NCBI GenBank assembly: GCA_963714995.1
Contig: CAVQQP010000003.1
Span: forward strand, 3,425 to 67,424
Source: an uncultured Actinomycetes bacterium
GTDB lineage: Bacteria; Actinomycetota; Actinomycetes; S36-B12; CAIYMF01
DNA: 64,000 bases
Reading direction: 5' to 3'
Part shown: positions 52,060 to 61,901 of the stretch, piece by piece
Position numbering within the stretch: the stretch's first letter is position 1
Layout: each line of letters starts with the position of its first letter
Program-made: the position numbers and the translations under genes
The notes under the pieces: model-generated
The model's database searches: none
The model's input: the letters and a program-made list of their open reading frames with translations, nothing else
Told to the model about the DNA's origin: nothing

Positions 52060-53511
52060 TCAGACCGGGGCAAGTCCGGCGAGCAGGTGCTCGACGACCT
52101 TGCGGGCCGGGTACGGACCTCCGCCGGACCCGTTCGAGGCCAGTGCGTGGACCGCCCGGAAGTCGTCGCCGGAGGTGACGATCGCGGGCTCGGTGGACCC
52201 GTCCGGACGTTGCTGGGGGAGGTCGGCGGCCGCGAGCAGGGCGTTGCACAGGCACTTGCGGCCCTCGGCGTTCGCAGCCCGACCCCCCTTGCGGGTGTAC
52301 ATCGCCAGCGGCTCGGCGGGGCAGCGGTAGTCGATCTCGCCGTTGGCCTTCTTGTACGGCGTGCGCAGGGCGCCGAGGTCGCACACGGCCTTGCGGGCGG
52401 CGGCGACCTCCGGGTCGCTCACCGTGCCCTCGAGCTGGATGACCCGGAACGGGAACCCGGTCGGGGAGGCCCGCCAGTCGCTGCGGACGTCCAGGGTCCC
52501 GGCCAGGACCTCGCTGAGCACCTGGCGCTTGAGCGAGTCGGCCAGCCCGGACTCCGCGCTGTAGGCGAAGGCCGTGCCGACCTGGACCCCCTGGGCGCCG
52601 GCAGCCTTGGCCTGGGCCAGGCCCTCGGGGGTGCCGTACGCGCCGGCCAGCCAGAACGGCAGCCCGACCGCCGCCACGGCGCTGAGGTCGACGGAGTCGC
52701 GCTCGTCGTAGACCGGCTGGCCGAGATCGTCCACCCGCCGGGGGCCGCGTGGCGGGGCGTTGTGCCCGCCGGCGCTCGGCCCCTCGACGATGAACCCGAA
52801 CGGGCGGGTCGCCGGGTCCCCGGCCAGGCCGGCGGCGAGGTCCACCGACGCGATGATGGCCAGGAACCGGGGCAGGGGCAGGTCGCGGCCAGCATCGCCG
52901 AGGAGCTCGGTCGGGCTGCAGCGCACCGTGACCGGGGCGTCGTCGGAGCGCAGGCCCTGGGCCCGGACGCCGAAGTCGAGGTCCTCCCCGTTGGCCAGCG
53001 AGCGGATCATGCCCGGGATCTCCGCCGGGTTCCCGGCGCCGATCAGCACGTAGTCGACGCCCGCGAGCATGGCCCCGAGCAGGCCGAAGGGCAGCGGGAT
53101 CTCGATCTTGCGCAGGAAGTTGATCCCGACCGGGCCGCTGTGCTCCTGCTTGGCCAGCCAGACCTCGCAGAACGAGCCGACGATCGTCAGCTCCTGCAGG
53201 GCCACCGGCGGGGTGATCGTGAACCGTGGGACGGCCTTGAACGCCGCGTCCGGAGCCTTGCCGCCGTGGATGTAGTACTGCTTCATCACCCGCAGGGCCA
53301 TCGCCGGGATCGGGAAGGCGGCCAGCGCCCTGCGCATGTGGCCACCGGGATCGCCGGCCTGCAGGCGCCGGGCGCACACCACGTCCAGCGCGGTGCCGGA
53401 GACCACTCCCAGCTCGCCGGCCTGGCAGACGGCCCGGGCCAGCTCCCACCCGGAGACGGCCACCCCCATCCCGCCCTGGATGATCGTGGGAAGGACGTCC
53501 TGGTCGTTCAT
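52060..53511 (-). CDS. nitronate monooxygenase-fold protein (PfaD/FabK-like trans-enoyl reductase candidate)
   Basis: 'IIQGGMGVAVSGWELARAV..AGELGVVSG', 'GAGNPAEIP', 'EGPSAGGHN', 'AGAQGVQVGTAF'. Intact. Confidence 0.8.
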   Translation of the reverse strand: MNDQDVLPTIIQGGMGVAVSGWELARAVCQAGELGVVSGTALDVVCARRLQAGDPGGHMRRALAAFPIPAMALRVMKQYYIHGGKAPDAAFKAVPRFTITPPVALQELTIVGSFCEVWLAKQEHSGPVGINFLRKIEIPLPFGLLGAMLAGVDYVLIGAGNPAEIPGMIRSLANGEDLDFGVRAQGLRSDDAPVTVRCSPTELLGDAGRDLPLPRFLAIIASVDLAAGLAGDPATRPFGFIVEGPSAGGHNAPPRGPRRVDDLGQPVYDERDSVDLSAVAAVGLPFWLAGAYGTPEGLAQAKAAGAQGVQVGTAFAYSAESGLADSLKRQVLSEVLAGTLDVRSDWRASPTGFPFRVIQLEGTVSDPEVAAARKAVCDLGALRTPYKKANGEIDYRCPAEPLAMYTRKGGRAANAEGRKCLCNALLAAADLPQQRPDGSTEPAIVTSGDDFRAVHALASNGSGGGPYPARKVVEHLLAGLAPV

Positions 53512-53551
53512 GGCACCACCTGCGGTTGATCGGCTTGGCTACGCAACCGTA

Positions 53552-53569
53552 ACCTACGCTGACGTAGGT
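53552..53569. promoter_or_regulatory. 18-bp palindrome ACCTACG-CTGA-CGTAGGT, 41-58 nt upstream of the enoyl-reductase start
   Basis: Read directly. It overlaps the stop codon of the upstream hydrolase ORF. A role as an operator is inference only. Confidence 0.3.
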
Positions 53570-55869
53570 ACGCCAGCCCCTGATCGCCGCAGGGGACGCT
53601 GCGACCGGCGCGAGGGCCGGCCCGCGAGGGGTGCGCGGGCGTGACCCGGGAGGCGTGGACCGGGAGGGATGGCCGATCCGGTGGCGTCTCTGGCGGCGGT
53701 GGTGGTGCGGGCCCGGAGTCGATCCGGGTCACCTCGACGACCGGGTGTGATGTTGGTCACATCCGGTCGTCGGTGAGGTGGGACGAGGGTGGGTGCACGG
53801 GTGGGGCGCGGGTGGGTGCGTCGCGGAGCCGTCAGCCCGAGGATCCCGACGATCCGATCCTGGCGAACAGCGCCGGAGATGTCCCCGCGGGCCAGCTTCG
53901 CGGTGGACTCGTCGTCCATGTCCACGGACTTCGGGTCCACGCCCCACTTCTGCAGCTGGCCGACCACCGAGGCCCGTGCGGAGGCGAACTTGTTGGCGAC
54001 CATCCGCCGGGCGGCCCACTCCCGCTCCCGGGCGCGCAGCGCCGCCTCGATCCGCTCGACCTGCTCCGGACTCGCCGGCAGGCCGTACGTGTGCCGGATC
54101 GCGTCGCACAGCTCGATCCGGTAGTCGTGGCCGAGGCGGACGAACTCGCCGGGCTTGGAGTTCATCCCGTTCTTCAGGTCGACCAGCGTGATGACGAACG
54201 TCGTGATCGGGCGGAACGAGGTCTCGCGGGGCACCCTGGGGGGGCGCGTCTCCGGGGGCCCCATCCACCAGGGTGCGCGCACGACGGCGTCGTAGGAGAA
54301 CTTGTTGATCGGGTCGTCGTGATGGATGACCTGCACATGCCGGACCGACGGGGCCAGGGAGGGGATCTCGTCGGCCTGGGCCACCGCGCCCAGGATCCCG
54401 GCCGGATCGGCGGCGCCGGGGTCCGCGAACCACCGGTCCCACAGCGCGGTCCGGAACGGCGTGCCCAGGTACAGCCCCCGATCCAGGCCGAGCTCGTCGA
54501 AGTGGCGAGTCCCCTCGGCCGCCACATCGAGGGCCACCTGGGCGCCCAGGCTCTCCCCGAACTGCAGCAGGCGGGGTCGGGAGCCCTCCGGCATCGCCGC
54601 GATCCGGTCGCGGATCCCCGCCAGGATCAGCGTCTGCATCCGGACCCCGGCGTCGGTCTGGTTCAGGGCCAGCGCGCTGGGGACCAGCGCGTACTGGGGC
54701 ACCACGATGGCGCAGTCGCCCCGGGTCAGGTACTCCAGCGCCTCGGCGAACGAGTAGTTCACGTAGCCGACGCCCGTGGGGGCTGCGACGACGATCACGG
54801 ACTTCTCGTAGGCCCCCAGGGCGTCGAGCTCGGAGAGGGCCAGGTCGGCCCGGGTCTCGGGGGTCCGCGCGCTCTCGAAGCCGGCAACGGCCCGGATCGG
54901 ATCGACGGCCGGTTCGCCCATGAGCTCGGCGATCTCGTCGGCGCCCAGCGTCATCAGGACGAACCGCCGGCCCTCCTTGCCGATGTCATCGAACGCGATC
55001 AGGCTCGCCGGGCCCGCGGTCACCGACCGGCTGGTCGGGGGGTCCGGGTAGGCCGCCTCCACCACGTCGTCGGCGTGCTGGATCCGCCGGCGCAGGCGGT
55101 CGAGCGCGGCGATCCCGGCCGGGACCATGAGGGCGGCGGCGATCGAGTGGCCGACGAGCGGGGTGACCCGGTCCTCGCTGCGGCCCAGGGCGCGGCTGAC
55201 CAGCGCGGTCGAGCCCTCGGCCAGGGCGTACTCGGTGCCGGCGAGGGCCATCAGGCCGGCACCGACCGATCCGCCGAGCGCCGCCGACCGGGCGATCCCC
55301 GCGGCGGTCGTGGGTCGCTGGATCTGGTGACGGTCCCCGGTCTCGCCGACGGCCAGCGCGCGTCGGTCGCGGGCGTTGACCCGGATCGCGGAGATGGTGC
55401 CGCCGATCGCGGCCGCCGTGGCCATCCCCAGCGCCGGGCCCGCGGGCCCGATCAGCCGGCGCGTGGCCTTGTCGGAGGTGATCACCAGCGCGGCTGCCGC
55501 GGCTCCACCGCCGAGGAGGCGGGCCGCGGAGTTCGCGGCAGCGACCGGCAGTGGGGTGGCGCTGGTGTTGGGCAGGAGTCGGGTCCCGGCGAATCCGACC
55601 CCGGCCACGATCACCGCGGCGATGAGCGTGCTGTTCTCCGGATCCCCGGCGCCGCGGGAGGTGGCCACCAGCTCGGCCGTTGCCTCGACCGCCGACACCG
55701 CCAGGGTGCCGATCCCGAGGCCGAGGGCGGCCGTCACCCCGGTGGCCATGGCCTGGTCGGTCGTCGAGCGCGGCAGCAGCCCGCGGGCGAACGTGTTGGA
55801 CGTGACGGCGGCAGCGGCGGTCACACCCGTGCGCAGCGCCAGGTACCGCCGTCCGGATCGAGGGGCCAT
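53554..55869 (-). CDS. polytopic membrane alpha/beta hydrolase (Abhydrolase_9-like: N-terminal membrane domain plus C-terminal hydrolase)
   Basis: Gly/Ala-rich helices over the first 300 aa or so, then 'VVAAPTGVGYVN', 'LLQFGESLGAQV' (GxSxG), 'VIHHDDPINKF'. Start at MAPRSG (55869). The last 100 codons or so are R/P-rich and may not be native. Confidence 0.7.
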   Translation of the reverse strand: MAPRSGRRYLALRTGVTAAAAVTSNTFARGLLPRSTTDQAMATGVTAALGLGIGTLAVSAVEATAELVATSRGAGDPENSTLIAAVIVAGVGFAGTRLLPNTSATPLPVAAANSAARLLGGGAAAAALVITSDKATRRLIGPAGPALGMATAAAIGGTISAIRVNARDRRALAVGETGDRHQIQRPTTAAGIARSAALGGSVGAGLMALAGTEYALAEGSTALVSRALGRSEDRVTPLVGHSIAAALMVPAGIAALDRLRRRIQHADDVVEAAYPDPPTSRSVTAGPASLIAFDDIGKEGRRFVLMTLGADEIAELMGEPAVDPIRAVAGFESARTPETRADLALSELDALGAYEKSVIVVAAPTGVGYVNYSFAEALEYLTRGDCAIVVPQYALVPSALALNQTDAGVRMQTLILAGIRDRIAAMPEGSRPRLLQFGESLGAQVALDVAAEGTRHFDELGLDRGLYLGTPFRTALWDRWFADPGAADPAGILGAVAQADEIPSLAPSVRHVQVIHHDDPINKFSYDAVVRAPWWMGPPETRPPRVPRETSFRPITTFVITLVDLKNGMNSKPGEFVRLGHDYRIELCDAIRHTYGLPASPEQVERIEAALRAREREWAARRMVANKFASARASVVGQLQKWGVDPKSVDMDDESTAKLARGDISGAVRQDRIVGILGLTAPRRTHPRPTRAPTLVPPHRRPDVTNITPGRRGDPDRLRARTTTAARDATGSAIPPGPRLPGHARAPLAGRPSRRSQRPLRRSGAGVPTSA

Positions 55870-55898
55870 GAGCGTCGCCTGCGGCGTCTCGTCGGCCG

Positions 55899-56396
55899 TC
55901 AGCCGGCGTGCCGTCGGGCCAGGACCCGTGCCTGCACCGACAGGATCCAGCCGACGAGGTCCTTGTCGATCATCGACTGGACCTTGCCCGCCAGGGGGAA
56001 GGGCAGTGACGCCTTCGTGCTCGTCGAGGTCGCCAGGGTCGAGCCGTCGTCGGCGACGAGCAGCTGCGACGTGCCCAGCGAGGTGGCCTTGGGTGAGCCG
56101 AGAAGGTGCACCTCGAGCGTGCCCTCGGAGCCCTCGTCGGTCAGCGGACCCCACTCCTGCATCCAGGACAGGCGGACCTCGCCCGGCAGCAGCTTCTGCG
56201 CCAGCTCGGGGATCCCGGGCTTGGAGGTGGAGAACCGCCACTGCATCGTCGCCACCGCGCGCTCACCGGAGCTGTCGCAGGTCAGGGAGTCGACCTCGAC
56301 GCCCACCTCCGTGGCGAAGGCGTGCAGGAAGTCCTCGCTGATCAGGTCGGCGTGCACCGTGGCGGGCGAGATGGACAGATCGAAGCTGTGTTCCAC
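55899..56396 (-). CDS. DUF2505 / SRPBCC-fold protein
   Basis: 'VEHSFDLSISPATVHADLISEDFLHAF...' fits the family length and pattern. The GTG start at 56396 is assumed; ATG at 56456 or 56552 is possible. Confidence 0.6.
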   Translation of the reverse strand: MEHSFDLSISPATVHADLISEDFLHAFATEVGVEVDSLTCDSSGERAVATMQWRFSTSKPGIPELAQKLLPGEVRLSWMQEWGPLTDEGSEGTLEVHLLGSPKATSLGTSQLLVADDGSTLATSTSTKASLPFPLAGKVQSMIDKDLVGWILSVQARVLARRHAG

Positions 56397-56523
56397 GGGG
56401 TCATTGTGGCGGGTCCGGGGCGCAGGCGGGCCACCAACACGGTCCCGGGGCTGCATGGGTGCCTGCCTCGGGCTAGCGTCGGGCGCCAAGGCAGTGCCCG
56501 CCACCAGCCGCGAAAGGGTCGCG

Positions 56524-57414
56524 ATGAGCCCCTCCGACGAGACGTCCCACACGGATCTGCCGAACTACCCGCTGAGTCTGGCCCGCGCGGTGGCACCGTG
56601 GAAGCGCTCGGCGAACGCGACCACCGTCCTGCCCGAGTCGGAGTCCATGGTCACCGGCTGGCGGCCGGACCGCGAGCGGCTCGCGGCCTACCGATCCCTG
56701 GTGGGCTCCGGTGCGGAGATCCCGATCGCCTTCCCGCAGCTGCCGATCATGGCGCTGCACATCGACCTGCTGTCCCGGTGGTCGTTCCCTGTCCGGGCAC
56801 TGGGCCTGATCCACCAGGGGGCCGTCATCGACGTCCTCGACGACGTGCCGGTCGGCGGGCCCTGGGACGTGCGGGCTGCCGTGTCGGAGGGTCGGCATGT
56901 GCGCGCGGGGCTCGAGTTCGACGTCTCCGGCGAGGTGAGCGTCGGTGGTGCCCTCTGCTGGCGCTCCACGTCGACCTACCTCTCCCGCAGCCGCTCGGCC
57001 AGCGGTGCCGAGGAGTCGGCCGTCCCGCAGCTCGACTCCTCCGGGGAGTGGGAGGCCGAGGTCGGGATCCCGGTGGCCGAGGGGACCGGGCGCGCGTTCG
57101 GCCGGGTGACCGGGGACATCAACCCCATCCACATGCACGCCGTGCCGGCCAAGGCCTTCGGGTTCCCGCGGGCGATCGCGCACGGCTGGTGGACCACCGG
57201 GCGCGCTGCCGCGGAGCTCGGCGTCGACGAGGCCGTCCCCGGCCGCCGGCTGCAGATCGCCTTCAGGCGGCCGATCGTGCTGCCGTCCACGCCCGTCCTG
57301 TGCTCGCGGTCCGCGGCGTCCGGCGGCGTCGAGTTCGCGCTGTTCCCGGTGTCGCCCGCGGCAGGCGGGGACGATCCGGTGCGGGCGCTGGTCGCGGGGA
57401 TCGTCACCGGCTGA
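56524..57414 (+). CDS. MaoC-like double hot-dog (R)-hydratase/dehydratase
   Basis: 'FGRVTGDINPIHMHAVPAKAFGFPRAIAHGWW' hydratase-2 motif in the C-terminal half. It occupies only the last 297 codons of the 1257-aa ORF 53641..57414. Confidence 0.8.
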   Translation: MSPSDETSHTDLPNYPLSLARAVAPWKRSANATTVLPESESMVTGWRPDRERLAAYRSLVGSGAEIPIAFPQLPIMALHIDLLSRWSFPVRALGLIHQGAVIDVLDDVPVGGPWDVRAAVSEGRHVRAGLEFDVSGEVSVGGALCWRSTSTYLSRSRSASGAEESAVPQLDSSGEWEAEVGIPVAEGTGRAFGRVTGDINPIHMHAVPAKAFGFPRAIAHGWWTTGRAAAELGVDEAVPGRRLQIAFRRPIVLPSTPVLCSRSAASGGVEFALFPVSPAAGGDDPVRALVAGIVTG

Positions 57415-57532
57415 GCTGGGGCGGCGGTCGGGGCCGGGTCCCGTGCGTGTCGAGCGTGCGCACCCACGCGCCCGGGAGGGCAGAATCGTCGATGTGCCTG
57501 CCGCCGATGGACCTGCCCGGGGGGCAGGTGCG

Positions 57533-58280
57533 GTGACCGCCCGCGACCCGGCACTCGAGTCGAGGCAGCGGGCAGCGGTGGAAGCGCGCCTCGGGCCCCT
57601 GACGCCGACCGCGATGGAGGCCATCCGGACGTGTCGGGGCCAGGAGTTCCAGCGCCTGGAGCTCATCGGCGACTCGATCCTCGAGGTGGTGCTCCACGCG
57701 CACTCGGTGATCACCGGCCCCAGCTGCCCGCACTGCGGCGGGCGGGCCGACACGTTCACCACCGATGCCCACCTCGGTGAGCTCGCGCGTGCGATCGATC
57801 TCGGCGACTGGCTGGACTGGAGCCCGTCGGAGCACCGACTGGCCGACATGGTCGAGGCCTGCGTGGGCGCCACGTGGGTGAGCGGTCGGTGGCCCCAGGT
57901 CGGTCTCCTTCATCGCCTCGGAGCTGCATCCCCTGCCTGCCGACGAGCAGCGCCGGCTCCTGCACGGCGGGGCCCAGGTGCACCCTGAGGCGCCGGCACG
58001 GGCCCGGGAGATCCTGGGTGCGTCCATCCTCGAGGCGGCCGCGGCGACCGCGGCGTATCGGATGCACCCGGAGGCCAACGAGGGTGGCCTGTCGAAGGTC
58101 AAGGCCCGGATGCTGTCCAGCGAGCACGTGCTGGGTCGGTGCCGCGAGTCGCGCTGGGTCCGCCGGAGCCTGCGCACCCGGCGCTTCGACCGCGACGACG
58201 TGGAACGCCATCTGGCCAACGACCTGCTCGCCCACGGACTCGCCTCGGCGACCACGATCGCATGGCCGTTGACGACCTGA
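57533..58280 (+). pseudogene. protein with two tandem RNase III-like domains, 1 frameshift
   Basis: Domain 1 'FQRLELIGDSILEVVLH ... DMVEACVGATW'. Break near 57900 (gtcggtc). Domain 2 is degenerate: 'REILGASILEAAAATAAY...GGLSKVKARMLSSEHV'. Start is uncertain (57443-57533). Confidence 0.5.
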
Positions 58281-58380
58281 GTCCCCGCCATCCACAGATG
58301 CGGCCGGGGGTCTGGTGATCCTCGGCCCGGTCGGGCAGTGTGCGGGGTGCGGCGCCGGGGGGCGTCCATCGATCGGGGGG

Positions 58381-58866
58381 ATGATGAACGAGACGATGAT
58401 GACCGTGTCGGGCAACCTGGTGTCCGACGTCGACCTCCGGGTGACCACCCGGGGCGACGCACTGGCCAGGTTCCGCGTGGCCTCCACCATCAAGCGCTAC
58501 GACCGCGCCAGCGGCCAGTGGCTCGACGGGGACACCACCTACTGGAACGTGACGGCCTGGCGGCGGGCGGCCGAGAACGCCGCGAAGTCACTGGCGAAGG
58601 GGCACCCGGTGGTGGTGCACGGCAAGGTCCGCCAGCGAACCGTGGATCGGGACGTCGCCGGGGCGCCCGGCGTCACGATGGCCGTGACGTTCACCGACCT
58701 CGAGGCCGTGAGCTTCGGGCTGGACCTCACGCGCTGCCGCGCGCAGTACCAGCGCGCCCCGATCGGCCCCCAGACCGGTGCTGCGGAGGGGGAGGTGACG
58801 GCCAGCGGCGATGCGGGGACCGTGGATGGGTCAGCACCCGACGAGCGGCGGATCGACGCCGCCTGA
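58381..58866 (+). CDS. single-stranded DNA-binding protein paralog lacking the canonical acidic tip
   Basis: OB-fold 'MTVSGNLVSDVDLRVTTRGDALARFRVAS...TTYWNVTAWRRAAENAAKSLAKGHPVVVHGKV'. The C-terminus '...PDERRIDAA' has no D-D-D-I/E-P-F type tail. Confidence 0.75.
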   Translation: MMNETMMTVSGNLVSDVDLRVTTRGDALARFRVASTIKRYDRASGQWLDGDTTYWNVTAWRRAAENAAKSLAKGHPVVVHGKVRQRTVDRDVAGAPGVTMAVTFTDLEAVSFGLDLTRCRAQYQRAPIGPQTGAAEGEVTASGDAGTVDGSAPDERRIDAA

Positions 58867-58961
58867 CGGGGTTCGGCCGGCTCGCGGGGACGGGTCCGTG
58901 GGCCGGTGCCGCCGGTTCGTGCGTGTCGGGGCATGGGCCTGCGGCCGATACCCTTGAGCGC

Positions 58962-60659
<1,698 letters not shown>

Positions 60660-60715
60660 GGGCGCCCGGGCCGGGCCCGCCCGCCCCGCCCCCGCCGCCG
60701 CTGCCCCGCCCGTCC
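60660..60715. repeat. C-rich (CCGCCCC-type) tract, inverted counterpart of the G-rich tract at 61902-62000
   Basis: gggcccgcccgccccgcccccgccgccgctgccccgcccgtcc immediately after the ettA stop. Confidence 0.7.
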
Positions 60716-60768
60716 GAGACCCTCCCATTCCGTCCAGACCCTCCCATTCCGTCCAGACCCTCCCGTCC
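60711..60768 (+). repeat. 3 direct copies of the ~19-nt unit CGTCC(G)AGACCCTCCC(ATT/GTC)C
   Basis: cgtccgagaccctcccattc / cgtccagaccctcccattc / cgtccagaccctcccgtcc. Confidence 0.85.
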
Positions 60769-60784
60769 GGACTGGAGGGTCTGG
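60753..60784. repeat. hairpin CCAGACCCTCC-N10-GGAGGGTCTGG
   Basis: 11-bp perfect stem (60753-60763 / 60774-60784). The same CAGACCCTCC/GGAGGGTCTG stem recurs at 61849-61878. Confidence 0.8.
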
Positions 60785-60804
60785 ACGCATCGGGAGGGTC
60801 TGTG

Positions 60805-61716
60805 TCATGGACCAGCGTCCAGGCGGCCCGCTCTGGCGCGGCGCAGTGCGCTGTGGACGCGTCGGCTCAGGGCTCCCTCGTCCCACAGGTGCTCCCAGGT
60901 CACGTGGAGCATCCCGTGGCCGGCCTCGACGATGCGGTCGTTCCTCAGCTTCTCCTGCCAGTGCGCCAGAGCAGGCTTGCCGTCGAGCTCGTACTTCCCC
61001 TGCCCGTCGAACTCGATGACCAGACATCCCTCGACCAGGAAGTCGACCCGGGGCCTCCCCTCAACCCACGCCATCGTGTACTGCTCCACCGGTTCAAGAC
61101 CCATCCGCTGCAGCCGCAGGCGCAGCAGGGTCTCGCCCGGACTCTCGGCCAGGGCGCTGCACAGCGAGGGGAGCGCGCGGGCCCGGGCGGATCCTCGAAG
61201 CGTGTGGATTCCGGCTGCTGTCCGCGACAGGTCGCTGGGCATCACCAGGCCCCGGTGCAGGGCCGCATCGGCCGCCGCCACCGCCCAATCGAAGTCCCGG
61301 TCCAGCAGGCGCGCACAGTCCACGACGGTGCGCATGGGGCTGGTCGCGGGCATCCCGTCGATGTCCACGGCCTCCCATTCGTGAACGTGCAGATCGTGGA
61401 CGTGGTAGCCCCGGCCGCGCTTGGGCTTTCCGAGCCGCTCGGCCGTGGGCGACACGTGGACGGTGCTCAGTCGTGACCTGGGCACCGGAAGCTCCCAGAG
61501 GACGGCTGCCGAAGTATGGCTTGCCACGACGTCCTTCAGCCGCCCCAGCTGGGCGCGTGTCCGGATGAGGTGAACCTCCTCCGGGCTGCGGAGCGCTGTG
61601 TTGGCATACACACCGACGGCCACGCGCTGCAGTCCAGCGGTGGTGCGGCGCACGTCTGCACGGCTCGCTCCGAGGCCGACGAGGTCGGCCACTCGTACGA
61701 CGGACGGCATCTCCAT
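60805..61716 (-). CDS. AbiEi_4-like N-terminal / DUF559 endonuclease-like C-terminal domain protein
   Basis: N-terminal 'VVRVADLVGLGASRADVRRTTAGLQRVAVGVYAN', C-terminal 'RPRVDFLVEGCLVIEFDGQGKYE...RNDRIVEAGHGMLHVTWE'. Confidence 0.7.
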   Translation of the reverse strand: MEMPSVVRVADLVGLGASRADVRRTTAGLQRVAVGVYANTALRSPEEVHLIRTRAQLGRLKDVVASHTSAAVLWELPVPRSRLSTVHVSPTAERLGKPKRGRGYHVHDLHVHEWEAVDIDGMPATSPMRTVVDCARLLDRDFDWAVAAADAALHRGLVMPSDLSRTAAGIHTLRGSARARALPSLCSALAESPGETLLRLRLQRMGLEPVEQYTMAWVEGRPRVDFLVEGCLVIEFDGQGKYELDGKPALAHWQEKLRNDRIVEAGHGMLHVTWEHLWDEGALSRRVHSALRRARAGRLDAGP

Positions 61717-61848
61717 GGGGGAATCGTGACCCGCAACCCGCCAGGCGAGGCCCCCTCACAACGAATCTGTGGACGACCACCCAAGGGCGACTCCGCCTGA
61801 CGGAGCCGGCGAACCGCTCGACGTGCCGGCAGACCCTCCCGATGAGTT

Positions 61849-61878
61849 CAGACCCTCCAGCCCGGACGGGAGGGTCTG
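61849..61878. repeat. hairpin CAGACCCTCC-N10-GGAGGGTCTG (second copy)
   Basis: 10-bp perfect stem. Flanked by further CAGACCCTCCC (61830-61840) and GGGAGGGT (61887-61894) motifs. Confidence 0.8.
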
Positions 61879-61901
61879 AACCCGACGGGAGGGTTTCCGT
61901 A

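Noticed and set aside
53641-56520. First ~960 codons of the 1257-aa plus-strand ORF 53641..57414
   Set aside because: Only the last 297 codons (MaoC, starting at the ATG at 56524) look like protein. The rest is antisense to the membrane hydrolase and DUF2505 genes.
60805-61716. AbiEi-like N-terminus as a type IV toxin-antitoxin / abortive-infection system
   Set aside because: There is no AbiEii nucleotidyltransferase partner gene next to it. A single fused AbiEi_4-DUF559 gene is not sufficient evidence for a defence system.
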